DNA of 63,440 bases, filler included, from Klebsormidium nitens (taxonomy: Eukaryota > Plantae > Klebsormidiophyceae), in NCBI GenBank assembly GCA_000708835.1. It is 6 parts of 6 records of this genome, joined end to end, with 100 filler letters (N's around TTAATTAATTAA, not from the genome) between each part and the next. Parts side by side here need not be neighbours in the genome. Positions count along the whole stretch, not along the records: positions 34,563 to 45,946 come from DF238128.1; positions 46,047 to 56,799 come from DF238143.1; 4 more parts are not named here. One strand, given 5' to 3'. The position numbers and the translations under genes are program-made. Each line of letters begins with the position of its first letter. Within the stretch, counting starts at the first letter, position 1. Shown piece after piece: positions 34,463 through 47,256 of this stretch. The notes under the pieces were generated by a model that saw only the letters and a list, made by a program, of their open reading frames with translations, was not told the DNA's origin and did no database searches.

Positions 34463-34562
34463 NNNNNNNNNNNNNNNNNNNNNNNNNNNNNNNNNNNNNN
34501 NNNNNNTTAATTAATTAANNNNNNNNNNNNNNNNNNNNNNNNNNNNNNNNNNNNNNNNNNNN
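34463..34562. other. Artificial contig linker
   Basis: N44-TTAATTAATTAA-N44, core at 34507-34518. Confidence 0.97.
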
Positions 34563-37500
34563 GGTCAATTGCTGGCGGCTGGCATCCCGAATTGGGAGTA
34601 CCACTCGAAGGCGCGGGCACGTTAACATCTTGTGGTGCCAAAGGTGTCCTAACGCTGCTGCCTGAAGCGCTGAAGTTGTTCGGAGTAGCGCGCGGCGGGG
34701 TCATGCCGTCCGCCTCATCCTCCCCGTTCATAAATAGGGACGGCTCCGGGGCTCGGATGAACGGGTACTCAGTCCCCGCAGCAAACTCGTCAACCTCCGA
34801 CTGGAGTTTCTTCAGGCATGCCTCGTAGTGCAACGCCATGCCTCCATCGTTTGGCAGCCTGTCGGACGGAGCACGGTTCTCAGCCGGGTTGCCGAGAACG
34901 ATGTCGATCTGCAACAAGGGAGATAAATCAGAAGTGAGTGACATGCTTCTGCAAAAGGTTTCAGATTTGAAGGTTCATTTTTCCAGCGTTCTTTCAATGT
35001 TGCAATCAGTGGGGACCTGAAAAACAGCATTGATTTCCGGGTCGAAGAAAGATAATAAGGCAATCACAGCCACAAATCTGGGCACACAATGCATTGCATC
35101 CCTGAACCACCTTCTAGACAGTCCAGCCCAATCCGAACACGATCAAAACGTGACAAAGTTCGAGTGCATCGCTGCAGAACACTGACAAGCGGAGGCTCAG
35201 TGTGAACATCGTTCCAAGTTGTAAACGGTGAATCTGCATATTGCTTTCCAACTCCGAACCAACCGTAAGGCCATCAAACCACCAGCTCCAAATGAGAAGA
35301 AACACGCACGTGCATCAATTGCTTGAATCACGTTTGACTCTTGCTTCAATCGAGCTTTTGCAGTAGTGGATTGTACAGGGCCGTTATCAATGTACAGGCC
35401 GCACCACACAAAGCAGACCACATGCAGCCAGGCAGGGGGCAACGGGCTTGACTCCTAAGTGGCAAGTTACGTGAGGCTCTGAGAACGTACCACAGCAACC
35501 ACAATGGCCGCTTGCTGGATGAACACCTGCAGCTCGTCCACCCGTTCGTTCCAGTTTCGCAGGAAGACATGGCCGATGACCTTCTTCACGCGGATGTCAC
35601 CAAAGGGGTCCCCATGCCGGACGCGGAAGCCGTTTCCTAAGAAGGAAGCAATTCATGCGGAATCAGAAGCCAACTCTATCACTTCCCTGTCCAGAGCAAC
35701 GCCCATGTCGAATATCTGTGGCCTCTTCTCATCGCTGTCTTACAAACCACCAAGAACTGCCAGAATACCCAGATTCCTAAAGACATGACCCACTGAAAAG
35801 AAAGATCCGAGAAAGGGCCACAGCAAAATCTGATTGACTTGGAAGATTCCACTGCTCATCTCTTTCAGACCAAAGTAGAGAGTCAGAGTATGCCACTCGC
35901 GACCAGAGATCATTCAGTACCCTTGGTCGGAAGAGCAGCATTCTGGGTCCTGGACAACTCTGAAATCAACCTCTACAATCTTATATCAAAGAAGACGGAC
36001 CTGAATTTGAGGATCCGACTTGGCAACCTGACCGAAGCATGGAGATGTGGCGCACAGGACTCTGGCCACCATTTACAAGTCAACAATCTTGAGTGGCCTA
36101 GGTTGCTGATCCTTTTCGCCCCCTGTACTTTGTCACCCTTGAAGACTGTAGGTCAGGTCAATGAGAGGAAAGCAAATGTTGATGCTTACCCTGCAGTGGC
36201 GCAATGTCAGCCAGGAAGCCATTGTAGTCCACCTTCGCTTTCCGGATCTGGTACACGTCGTAGAGGTGATGTTTCACCTTCTTGACCACCTCGGACCGTT
36301 GTTGCATCTGCTTGGTGGAAGCCGCCTGCCACAGGTCGCCGTGATTGGCAACCCAAGCCAGCGACCAGTCGTAGTCGTCCTTCGGAACCTTGAGCAGGAC
36401 GCGGGTCACCTTGGCGATGGGGTCGATCGTGGTGTAGAAGCCTCCTTCAGGGGAACCGCTCTCAAACACGGCATGGACCGCTTTCCCGATGGTTTTCTGT
36501 GGGGCGGCATAAAAAAACACAATCAAGGTCCAATCTCAGAGACAGACAGACTGTAGTCTGACTTGGTCTTACAAGAGGTGCAGAACTCCAATGCATTCAG
36601 CAGAGATGTTCACGTGTGTCAGTCTCGCAGAAGGGAAAGCTGGACAGATCACAGAAAAGCACTGTGCACACATCTGTGCTTCTTTTACAAGAAAGCCCAA
36701 GCAATATTGCAGAGAGTGTGGACTCCGATAAAGTGGCCTCTAGAGGTTGTACCCAGGTGATACTGAATCTTCTTGGCAATTGTCAACACTGCAATCAAGC
36801 TGCTGCAAAAGGATATCTCAACTCATGCTAGCACCTTGGCAATTGTCAATACTGCAATCAAGCTGCTGCAATAGCATACCTCAACTCATGCTAGCACCGT
36901 ATCCTGAATTGACAATCACTGATGAAGCCAAAATGCAAAAGAACATGCGGTGTCCCTCGAAAGAACAACAACGTACTCTCCTATCCACTGCTAGGCATCA
37001 ATTGATGATCTGATCCAGTTTCATACAAGCGGGAGTGTCATCTTACGATTGTCTTTGGTGTGCTGTACTTATTAGGAGCTCCGCTGTTGCCGGTGGTTGG
37101 TGGGCGAGTGCCAGATGACGCAGCCGCGCTTGCATGTCCGCTCGAAAGGGCCCTTTGCATGGCCTGGGCGACCATGGCCTGGATGGCCGGCAGAAGAGCG
37201 GCTGCTCCTCCAGAGGGCAATTGGAAAGCTGCCAGGCTCTGAGCAGGCGCGACGCTCTGTGGGATGCCGAATGGCACCAGAGCTGTCGAGGGAGCATACT
37301 GGCTGCTTTGCATTGCCAGCAGCTCCTTCTGCAGCCTGATCTTCTCTTGCATCTGGAGGATCTGGCTGCTGGACGTCACCGCCCCCGCAGCACCGCGGCC
37401 GGATGCCTTCCCCTTGGAGACTTTCTTCTTGTTCCCCTTCTTCTTGGAGGTGCCTGCGTAGAGGAGTGCATGTTTGAGAGTGCTTGCTTATACAGCACTT

Positions 37501-38418
37501 TTACATTGCTTAAAAAGCAGCAGTTCTTGAAAGACAACTGGGAGACTAACACATGCAAATGCATGAGCAGACGCACCGACAAGAAAACAAGCAATTCTAC
37601 GCTCTGGTACATTGTGGAGTGCATGTTTGAGAGTGCTTGCCTATCCAGTACTTTCACAATGCTTGAAAAGCAGCAGTCCTTAAAGGACAGATGTGAGACT
37701 GCACATCTGAATGCATGAGCAGACGCATCGCCAAGAAAACAAGCAATTCTAAGCTCTGCATTCTGGGTGACCAACAGCTTGCTACTTCGACAGAAGCAAT
37801 AATCTTGGCTCAGCAAAGGCAAATTCTAATGCTAAAAGAGCTGAAAGTGAGGAACATTCTGACTGTAAGTTCGTTCTTGAAGCAAAGGAAAGTTGGGCTT
37901 TCTTTCATGCCAGCAACTCGTAATTTGATCACCAAAGACGAAACTGCTTCTGACAAGTTGACAGTTGACTTGCCTGACTTTCCCTTCCGCCCCTTCTTGC
38001 CCGCACCGCTATCACCACTGCCACCTGCCAGCACGCTCGCATCTTCACGACGTTGTCCCTTCGCCCTTGCTTCTGCCATCATCTCGTCCAGCGACAGCGG
38101 CCTGTCCGCCGAGCTCTTTCCCCTCACACCCGAGTGCTCGCCCTCTTCCTCCTCTCCATCATCGTCCTCCTCTTCCTCGTCGTCCTCTTCATCATCCTCC
38201 TCCTCCTCCTCCTCATCATCGTCATCGTCCTCATCGTCATCCTCGTCTCTGCTTCTGGGGGCAGGTCTTTTGCGAACTGGGCTTCCTTCTTGATCATCAT
38301 CACTGAGATCAAGCTGAACTTTGCGCTTTTTCTTGTTTCCGCCTCGTGCGAGCTGTTCACCAGTATCATACCCTTCATCCTCCAAATGCTTTGGAGGCCT
38401 GCGTTCCCTGCCAACCAT
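34563..38418 (-). CDS. Multi-exon hypothetical protein with long Asp/Glu tract and basic NLS-like patches; probable accessory gene of the adjacent Plavaka element; 3'-partial
   Basis: ATG at 38418 (MVGRERRPPK...KKKRK...DDDEDDDDDEEEEEEDDEEDDEEEE). Further splice-bounded exons near 37453-37048 (GTSKKKGNKKK...), 36498-36230 (KTIGKAVHAVFE...WSLAWVANHGDLWQAAS), 35640-35490 (FRVRHGDPFGDIRVKKVIGHVFL) and 34909-34563 (IDIVLGNPAENR...). Exon borders are approximate. Confidence 0.6.
36773..36898. repeat. 63-bp tandem duplication (intronic)
   Basis: Two units, ttggcaattgtcaa...gctagcacc, starting at 36773 and 36836. Confidence 0.85.
37463..37758. repeat. ~153-bp tandem duplication (intronic)
   Basis: Two diverged units starting ggagtgcatgtttgagagtgcttgc at 37463 and 37616. 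Confidence 0.85.
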
Positions 38419-39275
38419 TCTGGTCACCGCGGAGACGTCGACAAGGTTGAACGGGGGCTGAACACTTAACAGGCAGAGAAGGCAAAAAGCGCCTGCGGTT
38501 CTGCCAGTGGTTGATGCCAACGGAACGCAGAGATTGTAGAGAGCGCTTTGGATTTCGAATGTTGCTGGATCTGGAAAACTTTCTGGGCCTGCACTTCCTT
38601 TCTACCTACGGTGTTGCACCAGTTTGAACTTTGAATCCAGTCTACCCGCCCTGCCAAAGGCCCGCGCAAAAGAGAAGGAGTTAGAAAGCGGGTGCTGGTT
38701 GCGGGACCTCGGCCAGTTCGAGGACAGTGCATTCTCCATGTAGGCAGTTTGACAGTGAATCGACGGCGGAGTCACGGCCCAGGCTCCATTTGAATCTGGA
38801 GTCTGGCCAGCAAACGTTTAGCACCGTCGATCGCAAAACCCTCCTCCAATCTACGGTGTCGGTGCAAAATTTTTTAATGCCAAGATCCGATCTGCTAGCT
38901 TCTGACGGCCCGCCGCGCGGCCGGCTCACACGCCGCGGCGCGGTGATGGCTCGCGCTAGCGCTAGCTGCATGGCAGACTGCTGATCAGACTGCCTTCCCA
39001 CTTCAACTTTTTGAAGACCCGAGTCTTGGCGCTGGCAGCAGCCACTGGGAAGGAGCAAGCTGTCTGGTCCTTTCTGTCCCTGTTTTTGACAAGGGGACCC
39101 CTTGGCAAAGTCCACTTTAGAATCTGTTGCCATCCAATTGGTTTCTTGGTTATCGTGTGGGTGAAGCAAGTGGCTTTGACGACCACAGCCAAGGACACGC
39201 ACTGCGGCGGATCTGGGGGGGCTGCTCATCAAAGCTAATAGGCTTTGCTGATGTAGATAGACACAAGCAGTTACC

Positions 39276-42200
39276 ATGTTTAGTTGCACTTGTGGCTCGG
39301 CGTTCCCCACGGTGCAGCAGCTCAGCAATCACCGCCGTAGTAGCACACGCTGTGGGACGCAGATTGCGGCCAAGCGGCGAAGACTGGATGCTGGGGCTGC
39401 TCAAAATGTTGCTGGGCAGCATTTGAGAACAGGTTTTGCTGCCGGCCAGTGGGGGCCCCCCCCGTTTGCTGTAGGCAGCACAGGCAGGCAGGACAGGGAA
39501 GCATCCGAGCGCTTTGCTGATGCGCCGAGCATAATTTCAATTGAGCATGCTTCTCGCTTCGACGACGCGCTTGATGGCTACGAAGACCCGCTGCCAATGT
39601 CAGCAGGAGATGGTGCCGTGCCTCTCCAGGACCAGAGTTGTTCATCAGCTCCTGCGCCGACAGCCTTTGATTCAAGCAAAGCTCTCCTTGATTTCCTAAC
39701 CAATGCCTGCCAAGGCAGAGGTCTTTCCAACTCTGACATCAACTGGTTGTTGGGGATCATTTTCCATCCAGAGTTTGACAGGGCGGAACTGAAATTTGAA
39801 AATGCAAAACAGTTCCGTAAATTTCAAGACGGCCTCCAGGCAATCCAGAATGCAATGGCAGCGTTGGAGCTGGATGGCTTGGTACCAGATGAGAAGGTAA
39901 GATGCACAATTCCACAAGTCTGCATTGCGCAAGTTCAATGTCTTAGAAGCACGCTGCTTGAAGTGTACTGTTTCAATTGAACGGCCAGAGCACAAAGGCT
40001 CAGTGGACAGGTTTGCATACATTTTTGTCATGATGAAACTTGTCTTTCTAGCTTTGCCCCAATACGTGCATCCTGCTCTTGGGCAGGGGTGGTATTCGCG
40101 GAACATGCGACGGGAGGGGGATCATCAGGACCTGATATTTCGATGGAGAAATCCTGTCGAGGTGGTCCGTAAGCTTTATGGCGACCATCGCTTCCGGGGG
40201 GCTTTCAAAGTATATGCGAGGCCTGTTTACAACAAGGAAGGAGAGAGATGTATCACGGATGCTGCTTCCGCAGATTGGTGGCTCCGCTTGCAGGTACGAG
40301 TGTCTAGATGACCTGCCCAGCTGGTTCCATGATGCAAGTGCCTGCAGCCGCTTGCGCTGAACTCTTTCCCAGTCAATGAACTCATAAAATTATCCATACT
40401 TCAGCAATCTTGTTGAAAGTCCATTGAGATTCTTGCAAAAACTCTGTGTTTCTTTTGAGCATCTTAGATTTTGGGGTTTGCTGCAAGTTCTCCACTCTTA
40501 ATGTGCAGGAACGGATTGATGGCGTCGTCGCTGCGGTTGCCATGTACAGTGACCCAACTGCAGTTTCGGGTGACATGAGCGTCACAGGACATCCAATCAC
40601 TCTCACAGTCAGGAACATTGGTCCGTCAGTGCAGCACCGTGGGGAGCATGCCGTCCTGGTGGGAGTGGTGTCCCAGCTGCAAGAGCATCCAGAACATGGT
40701 ACGTGTTCAATCTGATGAGATGGCAAATAAAAGAGCTTTGAAATGGCTCTTCTGCTTGATCTTTGCTTGCAGGTCTTCAAGTCCATGTCAAGTTTCAAAT
40801 CAGACGATGGAAGGGATTGTGCGGTGTGCTCGCTTTGAATGCCTGATACCTTCCTTGCTCCCAGGCTTCATTTCCTCCTCGCGTGCTTTCAAGGAGCGGC
40901 GCTTAACCCTCCTGTGGCAGTGCGAAACGCAACTCCAGGCCCTCTTGAAAGCAGCCAGCTCAAGGTTAGCAAACCGATTTACTTCGACCAAGTATTTCTT
41001 CCTGGAAGCCATTTCTCAATGATGTGGAAGATGCGAGGAATGTGAGCCTGGCATGGCAAGCTTCTGTGGTGACTGATTCACGTTTAAATTTCGCATTGAG
41101 GGTGCGAGCAATTTGAAACTTCTCATATTTGCATAAGTGGTTTATACATGCAGATTCACTCATCAGATTCTTCTTTTGCAGAGGCGTCTTCATGCGAGAT
41201 CCCTGGGGCGTTCTGCGCAAGGTGTATCCAGGGCTTCATTCTTACAGCTGCGATCTCCAGGAAGCTTACAAGTTGGGAGTCGTCAAATCTGGTCGGTGCC
41301 TTGACTGTTTGGTCCCGCCAAGCGAGATGAATGACCTGGAGGGCCGTTGGCCTGAGAGAACGGAGGCCTTCATGGGCAATGTGGTGGCAGCATGTACCGC
41401 TGCTCTGGATGAACAAGAGCCCAGGGTTGTTGGCAGGGTCGCTGAAGTGTGCGACGAGGCAGGGATGTCACTGCCCATCGAGGTGCGTTCTCTTTTGCAG
41501 GTCTTCCATCTTCACTGTTCGCTTTTGCTGCTCTTCTCATATCACTTTCTGAAGTATTTCAGTCTCCAATTGGTTTTCTCTTCTCTCTAGGTGAAAGCGT
41601 CTTGCAGGAGTTCTCTTGATTCAAAACCATGTTCCAAAACGTCTCTTTCTGTTTGAGTTTAAGAATCGTGTGGACCTCTGCTGCCTGCTCAAACAATCCT
41701 GGCCTGGAAACCCGGAACTTGAAAGGATCATCTCACGCACCTTGTCATGGAAGTTCCTTTCGATCCGCTGCAAAATTGTACAGGCTAATTGGGGTCTACC
41801 TGTAATCGAGCTTGCACCCACGGCTTCTACTGGTGAAAAGATAAGTGGCAAGGAAGGCCAAATCTTAAGCATCATAAATGTCTCTCTTGCAGGGCTGCCT
41901 CTGGAACTGGTACGAAGGTTTGGATCTGCCTGAAGATGTGCGAGACTCCTATCGCGCCCTCGTGCCTGACACCCTGCACGGTATCTATCTCGGCATCTGG
42001 CTGTACCTGGTCGACGGCATCCGGGACTGGGCCAAGCGGCGCTACTCGGTGCGTTTGGCGGCCAAAAAGGTGCGGACAATCGATGCACGTTTGCGCGAGA
42101 TGCCTCGCGAATCCGGGTTTCGGCTGCCAAGGCGCAAGGGTGTTTACATGGAGAAGAAGAAGACTTTCAAGGCCTACGAGCAACGGAATATGATGCAGGT

Positions 42201-45200
42201 ACGCCAGATCCTAGCGGCGCCAATTCAGTCTGGTGTTCGCATCCCCTATGTCTGTTCTAAAAGATCAATCTTTTACTTATGTGCCGTAGGATTCTCATTC
42301 ATCCATGTAGTAGTTGAAATATGCGGATGGACAAAGGCGGATGGTGGAAGACTCTCTCGTAAGCTTGTTATCCTCGTCTCCAGCCAGCCTAGGAACTGAG
42401 CTCGTGTCTTCTGTAAAGCCGGGGCCAAAGTCCCCTGATGACTTTAGTTCCAAGCGAGGTCTCACGAGTTTCTTGACAGGTCTTTGTCTTCGCAATCGTC
42501 GGCCTGTTCAAGGAGTCGACTGGCCGCGAGCCCTTCGTCGAGCTCATCGTCCTGTTCTTGGACTGGTACATGTCGCTGACGCGACGCAACCGTCCCAAGT
42601 ACCACACCAAAGCCACCCTTCAAGAGACGGACGAATTGGGTGTGAAGTAAGCTCCGATGCGGTTCAGCTCAATATGCTTCTGGTTGCAATTAACCCTTCT
42701 GTTTCCTGAACAACTTAGATACCGCGCTTCCGGCCGCCTTGATCCTCTGCTGACAATATTCATAGCCCAAGCGCTTGCATTCTAGCTTATGTCAGATTAG
42801 ATTGGTAACAGATTTGTGATGTCTTGTCTTGCGTGTTTGGGGTGAACAAAGTTCCTTGTCGCCCGCAGACTTCGTGTTGAAGTGGAGAATCTTTCTTCAA
42901 AGCCGATACCTAACTGTCTCTACCTCTTGAAGATGCAGCTTCTGATGGGTCCGATTGCATTCGAGTTCTCGGATTTCTTGCAGTTCTTATGCATGTCCAT
43001 CTAGTAACGGGATATAATCATCTGCAGGTTCGGACGCTCCGCCGTTCGGCTTCTGTCGGGCGTCCAGAAGTCGGACTTCAAGACTGCAAAATTCCACCAT
43101 ATCCCCCTCTACACCAAGGTCATCCAGGCCCGGGGCCTCACCTCGGAAACGAGCTGCGAAGAAGGCGAAGGGAGCCACGGCCGCACCTCCAAGAAGGCAT
43201 ATCTTGCCTCCAACAAGAAGGATACGGGAGATCAGGTACGCGCAATCGCCTTGCATAAGCTCGCGCACTCCATGTTACTGCCTCTATCGTCTCTTATGAA
43301 TCTGTTCCCGCTCAAACTCTCTTTACCAGTTTGGCAGTCCCTTGGCAGAACGTGCGACTAAAGCACGATACGATCCCACGGATACGGTGGCGGGTTTACT
43401 GAAACAGATTTGCGCGCCAGCTTGCGGCGACTTGTGTTGCCTGCTCGCATGTTATCAGGCCTTTTCTGAGCGCTCAACGTGTCAACTACAGGTGGACTCG
43501 AGCACAGTGGACAGATCTTTTGCTTCCTATTGTGGCTGAAAGCTCTTTCTGTTTGCTTTGGTCGTCACGTGGAGCCCAGTTTCGTAAGCGTCGTTTTGTG
43601 GACCCCTTTCAGGTGATGCGCTTCAATCAGCGCCGACAGAACGTGGCCGACTACGTGGGAGGCTGCAACACTGGACGCCGCGGCTTCCGCATTCAGCAAC
43701 GGGTCAGGGTCGCTGCAGTGGCGACGTCCGAAAAGGTACGACTTAATCCTTGAGAGCAATCTGTCGCGTCGCTATCCTTGGGTGTTGGTCGCACACGATG
43801 CGAAACGTGTCTCAGGAAGTCTGTCGCTGCTTTGGGACCCCCAGCCTCCGGAACCCCTTGAAATGATGTAGGATGTCAACTCTTATCTAAACGATTGTAT
43901 GTGTCATCACGACGCCATGGGTGCGATGTCCCAGCCCTGCCAAGCCTTTGGGTATTTTCGCCTTTCACACTCTTGCGACTGGGCGATTCAGAGGCCTCCG
44001 GACACTTCGAATCGTGGTGCTTTCTTTCGTCGCAGGCGGCGCGACAGAAGAAGCACGTCCTGGCAGCCAGCCGAGTGACGCTCCGTTGGGAGTGGCTCCG
44101 ACCAGCGGGTCAAGCCACGTACCCTCACTTCCCAGCCCCGGGGTCGCGTACGGGTAAGGCAATCATTGAACGGATCGCTCACCAGTACAACGACCTGCAA
44201 CATCTCGAGCGATGCACGCGCGTCTTCCTTGGCGGCGGCCTTCAGGGGGTGCGGGGTGACGCGGCGTTGTTGGAGAATCTCCCAGACTGCCTCAACTCGG
44301 AGGTCAGTCTGGACAACTTTCGCTCTGCGTCAAATTGGTTGTTTTACTCCGATTGCCTGCCTGGTCTTACAAGAGGGTGCGCACTCCTTAACTGCAGCTC
44401 AGTTAAGTGGTAATCCAGATTTTGTATCGTCACAGCATCCGTACTATTGCTTCTGTGATTGCTCAAGGTGAGCAATGGACTAAGAGTCCATTCAGCGAAA
44501 GTGTGTTGGTGTCATAGCGTCGCTCCTTTTGCAAGAAGCTCATCAGTCTCGGCCCGTGCATATCTCAGTGTTGGTGACAGTGCTTAGACCTTTATGGTCG
44601 ATCTGGGCCGACTGTCAGCGGGAAGCGTGGTTAATCCAACCTGCACGCCTACCGAAGTCGGAACCAATGTTCTTTCATGTTTTTCATATCCACGAAAGGG
44701 CTGACCTACTGTACGCGTTCGTACGTGCCTAGATTTCTGCCTTGTGCGGGCTCTCTCTGGACAACGGCCACTGGTGTGTGTGCCTGATTAACATGCATGT
44801 TGCTTGAAAGCCATTTTACGGTTTACAGCCTGGAGGCTGTAACCATACAAGTCTTGGTTCGATCTCGTAAGCCGAACCGGCCTCCTGATGACTGCGCGGC
44901 AGTCAGCCTGATCCGCTTCTCATAAAGTTGAGGTAGTTGCTTTGCTTGTGACTACAAGTCGGTGACGTTTCAAAACGCTTTGTCTGCAGATCCGCGTGGC
45001 AAAGCACGCTGCCATTGCGCCTGGAAGAGGGCGCCGTTATCAGGAGCACGTCTCTGTCGCGCGCGCCGACCCCAGGTTCCACGGGAAACCGTACTACAGC
45101 AACGTTGCCATCCTTGCGGCTGACCAACGGGAGTGGTACGCCAGTGTGAGATTGTTTTTCTCACTGGTAGATCAGGGAGGCCGCACGCGCAATCTTGCGT

Positions 45201-45433
45201 TGGTCAGGTACCTTGAGGAGTACCGAGTGCCGGACGCCACCACATGCAAGCGACTGAGTTGGGCGAAATACGTTCACAGAGGCCGGCAGGTTGACGAGTG
45301 GTATGACGTTGTCGAGTTGAAGAGCATCTTGAGAACGGTCTACCTGGTGAAAGATTGGAACCGGAAGGGAGGCTTCTATTTAAATAGGTTCAAGTGGACG
45401 GCAGAAAAGCGTTACAAAGGGAATAAAGTATAA
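39276..45433 (+). mobile_element. Plavaka-type (CMC/EnSpm-related) transposase, apparently intact, 11 exons, 977 aa
   Basis: Exons 39276-39896, 40087-40293, 40509-40698, 40865-40964, 41182-41482, 41893-42198, 42480-42646, 43028-43235, 43613-43735, 44036-44302, 44990-45433 sum to 2934 nt with matching phases. Motifs: N-terminal C2H2-like CTCGSAFPTVQQLSNHR; ADWWLRLQ; MYSDPT...HPITLTVRNI; YSCDLQEA...RCLDC; PDTLHGIYLGIW; KFHHIPLYTKVI...EEGEGSH; C-terminal beta-rich domain WYASVRLFF...WYDVVELKSILRTVYLVKDW...FYLNRF. Confidence 0.8.
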
Positions 45434-45946
45434 CGGGTCAATGAACGAACACGTAGTGGTTGTTTGTATATATCTGTAAATACACGGATCAATCGTTTAT
45501 TGACCGGATTACTGTTCCGAGAGCGCAAAATTGGCAATCACCGCAATCAACTACTGTATCTGATCAGATTGTGTGCGTTGTTTGAAGTCACTCAATCGCA
45601 TGCGGCCATGGATGATAGACCCGAAGTTGCATGAGGTTCGTTGCACACAAATCCGCACGCGTTTCACACTCGGCATACATTGTAGCCAAAAGAACGGGAG
45701 ATTATATATGCAGGCATGCTGTAGTTGCGATCATCACGAGCATGCAGTGTTCCCAGAACTTGAACCGTTATTTCTTCGCTGAATGGATCGGATTGCCCTT
45801 AAGCCATCAACTCGTCTTTGCAAGAGATTCGGCGTATGACATGGCGCTCGTGTACAATATACATGAAGGTTCCAAATACTTTTATACGTGTACCATCGAG
45901 TTCCTATATAAAACCTAGACGGTCCCAAATCTGTATAGATCTCTAC

Positions 45947-46046
45947 NNNNNNNNNNNNNNNNNNNNNNNNNNNNNNNNNNNNNNNNNNNNTTAATTAATT
46001 AANNNNNNNNNNNNNNNNNNNNNNNNNNNNNNNNNNNNNNNNNNNN
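45947..46046. other. Artificial contig linker
   Basis: N44-TTAATTAATTAA-N44, core at 45991-46002. Confidence 0.97.
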
Positions 46047-47256
46047 GGCTCCGTGGGCGGAAGTGCGGACGACGGCTCTGCGGACGGCTCCGCTGTAGCG
46101 GGCCGGCTTGTGTCCGCTGCCCGGGGCTGGTTTGGCGGGTCGGCTGCAAGCGCCTGGTCGACGGGCGGCTGCTCCTGGTGGGTGGGGGAAGGGGAAGGGG
46201 CGGCTGCTGGGGGCTGACTGGGAACCACCTCGGGCTGTGCGTTTTCAAGGGGGGGCGGGGCTATGATCGAGGGCTCCTCGGGCTGGTCAGCGAGGGGGGG
46301 AGAGGGTGGGTGCCCGGCGGGGGAGGGGGTTGGAGGCGATGGGGGCTGTCCATCTTCCCCGGCCGGTGAAGAGGGGGCTCCTGTGGGGGTCTGCTCCGCG
46401 CTCAGGGCGGAGTCTTCCTCCCGAGAAGGGAGGACGACAGAGGGCAGAGGGGAGGAAGGGCTCGGGTCCTGCTCCATGGTGCTGGCCAAGGCATCCCCCG
46501 TCCCACGTGGAGCACCCAGGGGCCGCGCGCGCCCGTAGNNNNNNNNNNNNNNNNNNNNNNNNNNNNNNNNNNNNNNNNNNNNNNNNNNNNNNNNNNNNNN
46601 NNNNNNNNNNNNNNNNNNNNNNNNNNNNNNNNNNNNNNNNNNNNNNNNNNNNNNNNNNNNNNNNNNNNNNNNNNNNNNNNNNNNNNNNNNNNNNNNNNNN
46701 NNNNNNNNNNNNNNNNNNNNNNNNNNNNNNNNNNNNNNNNNNNNNNNNNNNNNNNNNNNNNNNNNNNNNNNNNNNNNNNNNNNNNNNNNNNNNNNNNNNN
46801 NNNNNNNNNNNNNNNNNNNNNNNNNNNNNNNNNNNNNNNNNNNNNNNNNNNNNNNNNNNNNNNNNNNNNNNNNNNNNNNNNNNNNNNNNNNNNNNNNNNN
46901 NNNNNNNNNNNNNNNNNNNNNNNNNNNNNNNNNNNNNNNNNNNNNNNNNNNNNNNNNNNNNNNNNNNNNNNNNNNNNNNNNNNNNNNNNNNNNNNNNNNN
47001 NNNNNNNNNNNNNNNNNNNNNNNNNNNNNNNNNNNNNNNNNNNNNNNNNNNNNNNNNNNNNNNNNNNNNNNNNNNNNNNNNNNNNNNNNNNNNNNNNNNN
47101 NNNNNNNNNNNNNNNNNNNNNNNNNNNNNNNNNNNNNNNNNNNNNNNNNNNNNNNNNNNNNNNNNNNNNNNNNNNNNNNNNNNNNNNNNNNNNNNNNNNN
47201 NNNNNNNNNNNNNNNNNNNNNNNNNNNNNNNNNNNNNNNNNNNNNNNNNNNNNNNN

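Noticed and set aside
45453-45458. GTAGTG (reverse CACTAC) as the right terminus of the Plavaka element
   Set aside because: It lies only ~20 nt after the stop codon, has no subterminal repeats, and no matching left end is visible.
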